Source: Antechinus flavipes
Lineage: Eukaryota
Length of the DNA: 33,000 bases
Direction: 5' to 3'
Assembly (NCBI RefSeq): GCF_016432865.1
Contig: NC_067404.1
Coordinates: 31,930,001-31,963,000, forward strand
Shown here one piece after another: positions 10,776 to 21,161 of the stretch. The notes below the pieces were generated by a model, which had not been told where the DNA came from, ran no database searches, and saw nothing but the letters and a program-made list of their open reading frames with translations. Every line of letters begins with the position of its first letter. The first letter of the stretch is position 1. The position numbers were made by a program, and so were the translations under genes.

Positions 10776-11875
10776 CCTATTCTCTCTCTGTGTGAACTAA
10801 AGGACCTTCCCTATCTTTGTCGGGTTCAGTGGTGGGTAGCATGGCAGCCTTGAGGAGAACCAGGGTCAAAGTTCAGAAGGTCAGCAGCCATGCAGGGCTC
10901 AAGGCAACATGCCGCAGGGAGGGGGTTCGAAGGCAGCCACATCCAAATACAGCTTTTTCTAAATGCCCACATTGTCAATCCAGAATAGACCACACTGAGC
11001 TCACTTAGGAAATAACATTATGTTTTAGAGATAAAATTGGACATTTTGAGGAGAGGGAGGGAAGAAGGGGTAGGATTTCAGAAACATCTCATCCCTCTCG
11101 TATTCTGGGAAATTCTATTGTCTTCTTATTATCGTAAGATTGTAAAATCACTAATCTCTGTAGGGAATATGGGGCAACACTAGGTTAGCAGGGAGCCTGA
11201 TTAACTGGCTAGAGATAGTTACTGGACAGGGGATTTCACGGATAGAAGATAGAGGAAACTCCCTTTACCAATGCAAGTTGCCACCTGCTCTGTAGCTGAC
11301 AGTCTTAGAAAGTTGCCTGGGGCACTGAGAGGTTAAGTGACCTACCCAGGGTCACATATGTAACTAGTACATCGGACTCCCTCTCCTCCATGAACTGGAT
11401 AGTTGCAAAATAGAAAAACTGGATAAAACCACATTTCTACATCAGAGAAATGATTCATGAGCCCTTCAACCCTGGCTTTAGCAGCAAGGGGGTTCTATTT
11501 ATAAGAGAACTTGCTTTTTCCACTCCAGGAAATGCTGTTTAGAGTCAAACACTTCCTGGAAGAATAGCCATCTTTGTTCTAATGGGTGGTTCTTTGGGAG
11601 GGGAGGGAGGAAAGACACATGTGGGAAGTGCTGGCTGTACAAAAACAAAAGGTAACAATAAAAACGTGGCCAAAAATCTTTCTCACAGTAGAGGGTTCTT
11701 TTTTTTGGAAATGAATAAACTGCCAACTCAGAAAGTTTTTCAAAATTAAAAAAAAGACAAAAGTGTGAGATGGGAAGTTCCCACGTTCACTTTCACACTT
11801 AGCTGAGCAGTCCTTCGGTCACAATGAACATCTGGAACCCAATGTAAACAAAGACTAAGTCTGTAAAATGTTACA

Positions 11876-11931
11876 TAAGGTGTCCCAAAAGTTTTTGTAC
11901 AAAACTGCACTGACTTTGGTGCCATCCTGTA
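11876..11931. mobile_element. Short mariner-type MITE
   Basis: TA-AGGTGTCCCAAAAGT...GACTTTGGTGCCATCCTG-TA: imperfect terminal inverted repeats with TA flanks. Confidence 0.65.
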
Positions 11932-12647
11932 TGTATGGAAAATCCAGCAGACCATTTATAGAAATGTCTCAGCCCCTGGGGACTGTATCATGGCATTTAC
12001 AATGTTTAACACACTGATCAATTATCAAATCCTAGTGCGAGATCGTTCGCTCTTCTCAGGGATGTGGGAAAGGAGAAAGAACTACAACGACCTCCGGTCT
12101 CAGGAGGCTGGGGAAGCTGGGGAAATAAGAAAATGAACAGTCATAAAAATACAAGTGGTGTAAAGCAGGGCGGGCAGGCAGGCAGGCAGGCCAAGGAGCA
12201 GGCTAGGTTGGCGAGGACACAGACAGGATGGACAAAGCCCGGCCTTAGGTGACAGAAGGGCCTGGCTACTCAGTGAAAGCTTCCCAGGGCTCTGAGGAGG
12301 AGCATTCCAGAGGCTGACGCAAGGGAGAGTTGGTCAGTTAAGCAATCTGGGCACACGGGGACAGCAGTAGGGGGTACTGCAGGATGGGCAAGATGGCCAG
12401 AGAGTTCTTGGGCCAGAATTCTGAGGTAAAGGGTGAACGAGAAGTGTTTAGGGATAGAACTGGGTGGCTTGAGAGCAGGGTTGGTCGGGTTGCTTGCATC
12501 AGATTGCACAGGGCCCTGAATACTGGAGGAAAAAGTCAGACTTTATCTTGTCCGTGATTTTTGATGAGAGGGCTAGAGGATGGGGGTAGGATTTGAGTCT
12601 GTGCTTCCATTGATATAGGGAACTTCTCATCTGAAGTACCTCCCTAA

Positions 12648-12785
12648 GGGCAGCTAGGTGGCGCTGCAGTGGATAGAGCATTGGCCCTGGAGTCAGGAAG
12701 ACTTGAGTTCAAAAACTGCCTCAAATATTTAATACTTCCTGCCTGTGTTTCTCTGGGCAAGTCATTTAACCCCACTTGCCTTCTT

Positions 12786-12790
<5 letters not shown>
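12648..12790 (+). mobile_element. WSINE1/Mar-type SINE
   Basis: GGGCAGCTAGGTGGCGCTGCAGTGGATAGAGCATTGGCCCTGGAGTCAGGAAGACTTGAGTTCAAA head. Confidence 0.85.

Positions 12791-12842
<52 letters not shown>
12790..12842. repeat. (GA)n microsatellite, ~26 units, at the SINE tail
   Basis: Direct read. It explains the ERERER stretch in the ORF track. Confidence 0.97.
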
Positions 12843-12847
<5 letters not shown>

Positions 12848-12944
12848 GAATCTCCTTCTATCACTAAGCTCAGCATCTTATTTTTGTAACTTAAAGATTG
12901 GACTGGAGGATCCTGAGAAGACACTTGCTCAGGTCATGTGACCA

Positions 12945-13330
12945 ACATGTGTTGAAGATGGGCCTTTATGGTTTTGAGATCATCCTGCTATCCATTACAC
13001 CATCTTGCCTCTTTATGCTTCGAAATTATCGGGGTTGGGGAGGGGGGCTGTTTGTTAGCAACTATGTGGTGTGGATCTATCAGGTAATGATGCCTCAAGA
13101 AGTACAGACAGATCCCAATCAACAATATGGGGAATCTTGCAAGGGGCAATAGGGAGCCACAGAAGACATTTGAGCAAGGTAGTGACATGGTTAGACCTGA
13201 GGCAAAAGAATCTTATTGTGGTATCCATGTGGAGGATGGATTGGAAAGAGGCCAGGAAGATCAGTTAAGAGGCTAGTGACTGAGAGAGACAATGAGGGCA
13301 ATCGAGGGTGGTTGTAGTGGAAGTGAAAAA
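12945..13330 (-). mobile_element. L2 fragment
   Basis: GGGAGCCACAGAAGACATTTGAGCAAGGTAGTGACATGG...GTGGAGGATGGATTGGA is typical antisense L2. Confidence 0.7.
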
Positions 13331-14809
13331 AAGGTAAGTGTAAGATAATGAAGTATCATCAACTAGCTTCTTTTCCTCTTTATTGAATTGCTCTCTAATC
13401 ATTTCCTGCATATAAAACTTTTTTTCCAGCCTCTTACACCAATGCTGGTTGCAATTTATAGTCTTATATGTCTGGGGTCTGAGAGGTTACATGACTTGCC
13501 CAGGGTCATACAACCAAGATACATCAGAAACTGGACTTGAACCTAGTTAACCCTGACTTTGAAGGCAGCTCCCCACCCACTATTACATGCAAGTTTTGTC
13601 TTTCTCAGTTCTAAACTCCCAGTGACCAGGACCTATGTTGTTTCTTTAACTCCCTGATCCTGAGCGCAGCGCTAGGCCCAGAGAAAGTACTCAACAAATA
13701 CTTGTTGATAGATGGCATGCAAATCTTAAAGGGGAAATTGCTAGCTGATCTGGTTTCTCAGCCTTCAGTGTGGCTAGGAGGGGCCTTTCCTCAGATCTCC
13801 ATCTTGGCAGTAGCCATGACTTTGGACACCCTTACCCCCAGACTGTGGGGAGGGAATGGGCTCTGATGCTCCTATTTGGGACATTGCCTCTACTGTCCTG
13901 AGAATCCCTGAGGCCGGGGTCTGCCTCTTGCCTCAACTTTGTATCTCCCTAGAGACAGGGTCCAGTAAAGAAATGTTTGTCAAAAAGAAATGTTTGTCAA
14001 ATGACTGTGGGACTCTTTGCCATAGGAGGAAGACCAAAAATTAAAGGAGATTTTAGTAAGCCAAAGATGTATTTCCTAAACCAGGAGTCTCCAAAGTTGG
14101 GGAAGACATGCCATGATGGCAGGGGGACTATGGGATGATCTCAAGAAGTGTGGGATCAGTTAGTGGGAGGGTGGGAAAATGGATCCTATCCCACATTCTC
14201 TACAGTTCTTAACCAAGGGGCTAGTCTTCAACACAACCACATCTATCCCTCACCCATGGGGATCCAGCTTTCCTCTCCCTCTACCATCAGTCCCTCCAGA
14301 TTGTTATAGATTAATCATCTGGCACCAAGAACAGCAACTGCGCTGGTACTGTTAGGAAAATCCCACCCCCAGCCCAGCATCCCCAACCCCTGCCCCTTTC
14401 ACTTCAAGGCCAGGGCAGTGACTGCTGAATAAGAGCAGTCATTTGTCCTCCTTTTTTGTTTTAGCCGACATATACTGGATCGCACAATAATACCTGAATT
14501 TACTTGATCAATGTATATTTCTTGCCAGTGCGCACTCCAAAAACGTTTTACCGATGGGCTACACAACCAAGCAACTGCCTCATCTACTTGTGGGTATGAT
14601 AAGCCCGCCTAGTTACCCAGATCCTAATAAAGGTGAAACCATTTGCAAGTGAAGATATGTGCTGACACAATGCTCTTAAACTAAACAGTCCACACAGTTG
14701 TTTCTCTAATTCAGCCTTTGGCTCCTGCTCTCAGAGAAACCAAGCCCACTAAGCACAAACTCTAAGCCAAACCTACTGAACTGTACCAGTCTTGGAATAT
14801 AGTCCTTAC

Positions 14810-14973
14810 CGAGATTATATTGAATTTCTTGATGTGGTAGAAGGACCACTGGATGGTAAACTGGCTCGTAGAGGGGGCGGTACTGGTGTATGTGCAGAGC
14901 AGAGTGGCGTCCATCCCAGCCGTCACGTTCACCATCTTCACTGGGATGGTCACCTCCACAGAGGTGACAGAGC
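14810..14973 (-). CDS. VSIG1: VSIG1 exon encoding the N-terminal half of the IgV domain
   Basis: Acceptor CTTTCAG|G and donor TCG|GTAAGG; 164 nt. Encodes GSVTSVEVTIPVKMVNVTAGMDATLLCTYTSTAPSTSQFTIQWSFYHIKKFNIIS, with the B-strand Cys, C-strand Trp and an NVT sequon. Closely matches recalled human VSIG1 ([27 protein letters not shown]...IQWSFFHKKE). Confidence 0.95.
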
Positions 14974-15099
14974 CTGAAAGGGTAATGACACCAGTTATGA
15001 CACCTTGCTTCCAGTCTATGGAGTACAATCACTTACATTCTCTTATTTAATGAAGCCAAGGAGATAAGGGGAAGTTAGAGTTCAACTCATTGCTGGTAA

Positions 15100-15350
15100 G
15101 TCATTTTTCAGTCATGTCAGTCTCTTCATGATCCCGTTTGGGGTTTTCTTGGCAAAGATATTGGAGTGGTTGGCCATTTCCTTTTTTTGCTTATTTTACA
15201 GATGAGGAAACTGAGCCAAACAGGGTGAAGTGACTTTCCCTGGGTCACACAGCTAGTAAGTATCTAGGGCCACATTTGAACTCGGGACAATGAGTCTTTC
15301 TGACTCAAGGTCTAGCACTCTATCCACTGCATCGCCCTCTAGCTACCCCC
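15100..15350 (-). mobile_element. Mar1-type SINE
   Basis: Reverse RTE-like tail (GGGGTTTTCTTGGCAAAGATATTGGAGTGG), CORE and head (CTAGCTACCCC). Confidence 0.85.
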
Positions 15351-15425
15351 CAGAGTTCAATTCAGTCAAGGTTTATATTGGATTCTAGATGAAAAGCTAG
15401 AAAAGACATCACAGTCCATCTAATC

Positions 15426-15600
15426 CAGTGGTATTAAACTTAAATAAAAATGGGGACCCCTAAACTGTATATAAGAATCTCGGTGGAACCCATATTGACT
15501 TAGTTTTGTATTTTTGTTTATATTGTTAAATATTTCCCAATAACATTTTAACGTAGCTACACCTGGAAGTGTTGGGGGCCACTTGAAGGTTTCAACATAT
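15426..15600. mobile_element. hAT-type MITE relic
   Basis: CAGTGGT...AAACT start and AAATATTTCCCAATAACATTTTAA interior match a recalled marsupial hAT MITE pattern. Confidence 0.5.
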
Positions 15601-15969
15601 TTGGTCAAATCCAGCCTTCTCATTGTTGAGAGGAATAAGATGGAGCTAATAGAGGGGAAGTGGCAGAACTGGGATCCAAAAGTAGACCCTCTGACGAGAT
15701 TCATCACTCTTTACATGATGCCAGTGATTTTCAAGTGAGAAAGACTAAAGGATTTTCTTGGTTTTAGAGGGCATGAGGATCCATGGTGCACAATCATTAG
15801 TTTACTTGGAAATACCATCTGGCTGTGACTACTTGTCTCTTAGAATTCCCCTTTATAACTTATTATGTGTTGGATACTGAAATAGTGACTTAGGGAATAA
15901 TCAGAGAGCTCAAGTCCAGTAGCTTACTTTTTGTGGGATAAGGATAAAGGAAAAGACTATTCTTACACT

Positions 15970-17340
15970 TGGACTCTTAGCTGCCAAATCCAAAGGCCTT
16001 TTCTCAATCCTCATTTTCCTGGATGTCTCGGTGGTCCTTGACATATTATCATCCCTTTCTCTTTAATGCTCTCTTCCTTCTACACTTCTGCAATATTTCT
16101 CTGTCTCTATATCTGTCTCTGTTTCTATATCTGTCCCTCTCTTTTTCTCCTAGTTTTCCTCTTATTTATCTGATACTCCTTCTCGTCTAACCTTCTCTGT
16201 GTCCTCTTCTCTTTTCCCTCTATACCACTTCACTTGGTGATCACATCAGCTCCCATGGATTTAATTCCCATCTCTGTTGATGATTCTGAAATTTATCAAC
16301 CATATCCCAAACTCTCTGCTGACCTCTAATCTTACATCTCCAACAGCCTTTCAGATACCTCGAATTCACTCTCCAATCTTAAACTCAATGTGTCCAAAAC
16401 AGAACTCACCATCTTTCCTCCTGAGCCCTAAACCCCATTTCCTGTTATTGTAGAGGGAACCGCCATCCTCCCAGTTTTTCAGGCTCACAACCCAAGAGTC
16501 ATTCTAGTCTCTCCCCTCTCCAGTCCATTCTCCATTCAAATCATTGAAAGTGATTTTCTCCTGGTCATCTTCAGCAATGAGATGAACCAAATCAGTTCCA
16601 ATGGAGCAGTAATGAACTGAACCAGCTACGCCCAGTGAAAGAACTCTGGGAGACGACTAAGAACCATTACATTGAATTCCCAATCCCTATATTTTTGCCG
16701 CCTGCATTTTGGATTTCTTTCACAGGCTAATTATAGAATATTTCAGAGTCCGATTCTTTTTGTACGGCAAAATAACGGTTTGGTCATATATACTTATTAT
16801 GTATCTAATTTATATTTTAATATATTTAACATCTACTGGTCATCCTGCCATGTAGGGGAGGGGGTGGGGGAAGGAGGGGAAAAATTGGAACAAAATGTTT
16901 TGCAATTGTCAATGCTGTAAAATTACCCATATATATAACTTGTAAATAAAAAGCTATTAAAAAAAAAAAAAAGAAAGTGATTTTCCTAAAGTGTAAGTCT
17001 AATCATGTCACCCCTACTACTCAATAAACTCCATCGGCTCCCTATTGTCTTCAGAAGCAAATACAAAATGCTCTGTTTGGCATTCAAGGTCTTTTATTGC
17101 CCACTCCCTCCTGTTTTTCCAGTCTTATTACACCTTCCTCCCCCACACATACTTTTCAATCCAGTACCAGCCACTTCTTAGCTATTCCACAAATGAGACC
17201 CCTCCGTTTCTCTCGCTCTGGCCATTCTCTCTAACTGTCCCCCATTCCTGGAGCTCTCTCCCTTTTCTGCTCCAACCATTGACTTTCCTGCTTGCCTTTG
17301 AGTCCCAACTGAAAACCCACCTTGTAGGAAGCCTTCTCTC
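15970..17340 (+). mobile_element. L2 body fragment, interrupted by an L1
   Basis: Pyrimidine-rich plus strand with CATCAGCTCCCATGGATTTAATT, CTTAAACTCAATGTGTCCAAAACAGAACTC and CATGTCACCCC...CTCAATAAACTCC L2 motifs. Confidence 0.8.
16559..16972 (+). mobile_element. 5'-truncated young L1 (3' end plus poly(A))
   Basis: G-rich 3' UTR tract, AATAAA and poly(A). 13-bp TSD GAAAGTGATTTTC at 16546-16558 and 16973-16985. Confidence 0.92.
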
Positions 17341-17365
17341 TTATATTTATATATAATATAATATT

Positions 17366-17400
<35 letters not shown>
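17341..17400. repeat. (TA)n-rich tract, continuing at ~17680-17760
   Basis: Direct read. TA tracts flank the duplicated arm on both sides. Confidence 0.95.
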
Positions 17401-17905
17401 GGTGATATGGGATATGGTGGATAAATTTCAGAATCATCAACAGAGATGGGAATTAAATCCATGGGAGCTGATGTGATCACTAAGTGAAGTGGTATAGAGG
17501 GAAAAGAGAAGAGGACACAGAGAAGGTTAGATGAGAAGGAGTGTCAGATAGATAAGAGGAAAACTAGGAGAAAAAGAGAGGGACAGATACAGAAACAGAG
17601 ACAGATATAGAGACAGAGAAATATTGCAGAAGTGTAGAAGGAAGAGAGCATTACAGAGAAAGGGATGATAATATGTCAATTATATATATATATATTATAA
17701 TATAATAATTTCATATTATATATATATAATGAACTATATTACATATAAATATATTAAATACATGTCAATTAATGTACACATCTATGGATATAAGTGAAAT
17801 CCCATTATTTTATGAATTTCAAAACTCCCTTCTGAGAAGGGGTCACTAGCTTTGGAACATCACCAAATGGGTCCATATAGCACAATTGTTAAGAATTCTG
17901 TCCTA

Positions 17906-18200
17906 CAAAAGCAGCTACACCCAAAGAAAGAACACTGGGAAACGAATGTGAACTATCTGCATTTTTGTTTTTCTTCCCGGGTTATTTATACCTTCTGAAT
18001 CCAATTCTCCCTATGCAACAAGAGAACTGTTCGGTTCTGCAAACATATATTGTATCTAGGATATACTGCAACTTATCCAACATATAAAGGACTGCTTGCC
18101 ATCTAGGGGAGGGGGTGGAGGGAGGGAGGGAAAAAAAATTGGAACAGAAACGAGTGTCAATATAAAGTAATTATTAAATAAAAATTAAAAAAAAAAAAAA
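17906..18200 (+). mobile_element. 5'-truncated young L1 3' end inserted in a MER5-like relic
   Basis: 15-bp TSD AAGAATTCTGTCCTA at 17891-17905 and 18201-18215, G-rich tract, AATAAA and poly(A). Confidence 0.92.
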
Positions 18201-18390
18201 AAGAATTCTGTCCTAGAGGATTGCCTGGGGACCACTGAAAGGGACCTGAGACAGGATTGGAGTCCTGTGTCTTCTTGCCTCCTAGGCCTGTTGGGAAGTC
18301 TTTAGGGCCATGCTGCCTTTTAGCCCAATCCCTTTTCTAATCAGCTTCAGAGTATTGTGGCTTGGGAGTAGAGCAGTTTCTTGGACTCAC

Positions 18391-18439
18391 CTAGAAGGCC
18401 CACCATGAAGAGAATCATCCTTGAAACCACGAAAATCAT
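18391..18439 (-). CDS. VSIG1: VSIG1 first coding exon (signal peptide)
   Basis: Minus strand reads ACCAAG-ATG (A at -3), then MIFVVSRMILFMVGLL-G and the donor G|GTGAGT. It is 49 nt, phase 1, hydrophobic, and resembles the human VSIG1 leader MVFAFWKVFLILSCLAG (recalled). It joins the next exon in frame. Confidence 0.9.
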
Positions 18440-18720
18440 CTTGGTAGAGGGGAGTCTGGCAATCGGGGCTGCCTGCTGCCTGCCGCCTACTCTGGACTGA
18501 ACCTCAACTTGACTTTTCTTTTTCCTCACTGAGTCTTTGTTGTTCTTATCTCATGACCATCACCAAGTCAATACGCCTCTAAGCACTCATTTTTCTTCTT
18601 TATCGGTTCAGACCTTTCCCAGAGTAGGTCTAGGTTCTCCGAAACCTTTGTCATGGGGTATGTGTATACTTGGTACGTTTGTTAGTGTGTTAATGATAAA
18701 CCCTTGTGGGACCGGAAAAC
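18440..18720 (-). promoter_or_regulatory. VSIG1 5' UTR and proximal promoter region
   Basis: Non-repetitive sequence directly upstream of the ATG, with GATA-type motifs (AGATAA on minus at 18546-18551, TGATAA near 18693). The transcription start cannot be placed from sequence. Confidence 0.45.
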
Positions 18721-19299
18721 CTTAAAGTGTTGTTAAGAGTTTCTCAGGAGTTTCTGCATATATGTTGTTGTAGCTTTAATCCCAAAAGCTCTTCTTGGAA
18801 AGAGGCTAAAAGCTGGGGGAAAGTTGGCAGGCCAAATGTGGCAGCTTTGAATATTTAGATCAAAGTCTGAAGTTTATTCTCTGGGGTGGTTGAATGGGAA
18901 TCCAAATTTCTGCATGGAACAGAGGAAAGAGAACTCAGAACCGGCTTCAAAACCCACCTCCCACTAATTGTGTGACTTTGGGCAAGTCAGTCACCTGATC
19001 TCTATGAACTTTAGTTCCCTCCTTTGTAAAATAATGATGTAGGGAACCATATGAAGCTATCCATAACCAAAATGACATGAAAAATAAGTTCAATCCTTCT
19101 GTAGTCTTCTTTTAATCCTTCAAGGGATCAGCCCAGTATTAAACACAGCATCTGGGCATAGCAGATGCTCAATAAATGCTGATTGATTAGGCACCTCAGC
19201 ACCTGGCAGGAGATCCAGGAAAGCCCAGACCTTCAGTTCAGGTGCTACTGGTCAAGTTGAGCTTAGGGAGTGGGCCAGTTTAACTGCTATAGAAAATGA

Positions 19300-20060
19300 A
19301 CAAAGAGGAATGGTGTGAAGCTTATCTGGATAGGTGGCAACGTGTGGAGGCCCTCAGATCCCAGGCTAAAAGCCAAAGGGCCCACGGGAGCCACTGAAGT
19401 GATATGGGCAGTGTCGGGCTTTAGGAAAAACCTCCCAGATAGCTCTGTGGAGGATGGATTGGAAAGACGAAAGATTGGAGTCAGGAAGAACAACTAGGAA
19501 GTTATTGTAAGAGTCCAGGTGAGACATAATGAGACCTTGAACTAGAGTAGGGGCTCCATGAGTGGGAAGAAGGGGAGAGGTGAGAGTGATATTGCAAAGG
19601 TAGAAATGACACCTTGTAACGACTGAATGTGTCTCTCACTGGGGTGAAAAAGTGAAGAGTCAGGGACAACACTGAGGTTTTAAAAACCATTTCAATGGAA
19701 CCAGTTGTTTTCCGAGTCAGGAAGTACACAGGAGATTCACTGACATGTGTGTATTTTCTTTAAAATTGATATGGAAGATGGCAGCAAAGGAGTGTAACAG
19801 AGGATGACCAGTGAGTGTGGACAAACCCAGAAGCAGACTCAGGGGAACAAAAGCTCTGAATGGGCTGAGCTGGAGAGAACTAAAGACAGCAAGGAGGGTG
19901 GGGAGTGGGGGCAAGAGGAAGATCAAAGCAGATCTAGGACTCCCACTTTGGGTATATGAGATAATGATATTAGCTTTAGCTTTGAAAACAACATGTACAA
20001 GATGTTAGAAAGGACAGCACACAGTAGGTAAACCCCAAAGTATGGTCACTTGTAAGAGTT
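19300..20060 (-). mobile_element. L2 body fragment
   Basis: Purine-rich plus strand with GTGGAGGATGGATTGGA, GTCCAGGTGAGACATAATGAGACCTTGAACTAG and AGATGGCAGCAAAGG antisense-L2 motifs. Confidence 0.75.
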
Positions 20061-20661
20061 GTGGAAGGAATACTGAGGCTCCCAATGAGCTGAGCTACAG
20101 ATGAAGGCTAAGGACACAAAGAGGATTTAAAAAAAAACATTCTTTGGGGGAGCTTGAATCCAAAGAAGAGATACAGTTGGAGACTCCACTCTTCTTTGCA
20201 AAGATAAGGGACCATAGATACGGAAAACTGTCGATTGTGTCCAATTTTTTGATATATTGGCTTCAGAACTTGGCACTGGGCTTTGATTATAGTAAGCATG
20301 TAATAAATACTTGTTGATGGATTAATTTTCCTGAACTATTTAAAAAAACAATTCTTTGTTCTAAGGGAGGGAAAAGGGAATAACATTTACTCTTTTTTGT
20401 TTATTTGGTTTAGTTTTATTTTAAAATCTATTTATTTTTAACATTCTTCTCTTAAAATTTTGAGTTCCAAATTCTCTCCCTCCTTCCCTTCCTTTCCCCT
20501 ACCCATTGAGAAGGCAAGCAATATGATATCAATTATACATCTGAAATCATGCAAAATATATTTCCATATTAGCCATGGTTCAAAAAAAGGAAGAAAAAGA
20601 AAGGAAGTGAGAAAATTGTATTTCCGTTTGTACTCAGGGCTCAAAAGATCTCTCTCTGGAG

Positions 20662-21161
20662 AATTGTGGGAATTGAATGTAGATCACAACACAGCATTTT
20701 CACTCTTTTTGTTGTTGTTTGCCCGCATTTTGTTTTCTTTCTCATTTTTTCCCTTTTTGATCTGATTTTTCTTGTTTAGCAAGATAATTGTATAAATATG
20801 TATACATATATTGGATTTAACATAGACATTTTAACACGTTTAACATATATTGGATTACTTGCCATCTAGGGGAGGAGATGAGGGAAAGGGGGACAAATTT
20901 TGGAACACAAGGTTTTGCAAGGGTCAACATTGAAAAATTATCCATGCATATGTTTTTTGTTTGTTTGTTTTTGCTGTGGCAATTGGTTAAGTGACTTGCC
21001 CACGGTCACACAGCTAGGCAGTGTTAAGTGTCTGAGCCCACATTTGAACTCAGGTCCTCCTGATTTCAGGGTTGGTGCTCCATCCACTGCACCACCTAGC
21101 TATCCCCATCCATGCATATGTTTTGAAAATAAAAAGCTTTAATTTAAAAAAAGGGGAAAAA
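20662..21161 (+). mobile_element. Younger L1 3' UTR fragment inserted into the older L1
   Basis: 19-bp TSD AAAAGATCTCTCTCTGGAG at 20643-20661 and 21162-21180. Confidence 0.9.
20957..21107 (-). mobile_element. WSINE1-type SINE inserted into the younger L1
   Basis: TSD ATCCATGCATATGTTTT at 20940-20956 and 21108-21124, with a full SINE between. Confidence 0.9.

Larger units (their letters stand above)
16038..17679. repeat. 272-bp inverted repeat (arms 16038-16309 and 17408-17679)
   Basis: Manual alignment of arm 1 to the reverse complement of arm 2 gave 7 substitutions and no indels. Confidence 0.95.

Noticed and set aside
16855-16882. G-quadruplex-like G-runs (also ~18107-18130)
   Set aside because: A standard feature of L1 3' UTRs, fully explained by the insertions.
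18440-18529. N-terminal extension MRKKKSQ... of the exon-1 ORF in the track
   Set aside because: The track's start is a GTG, not an ATG. The ATG at 18439 has a good Kozak context and begins a canonical signal peptide.
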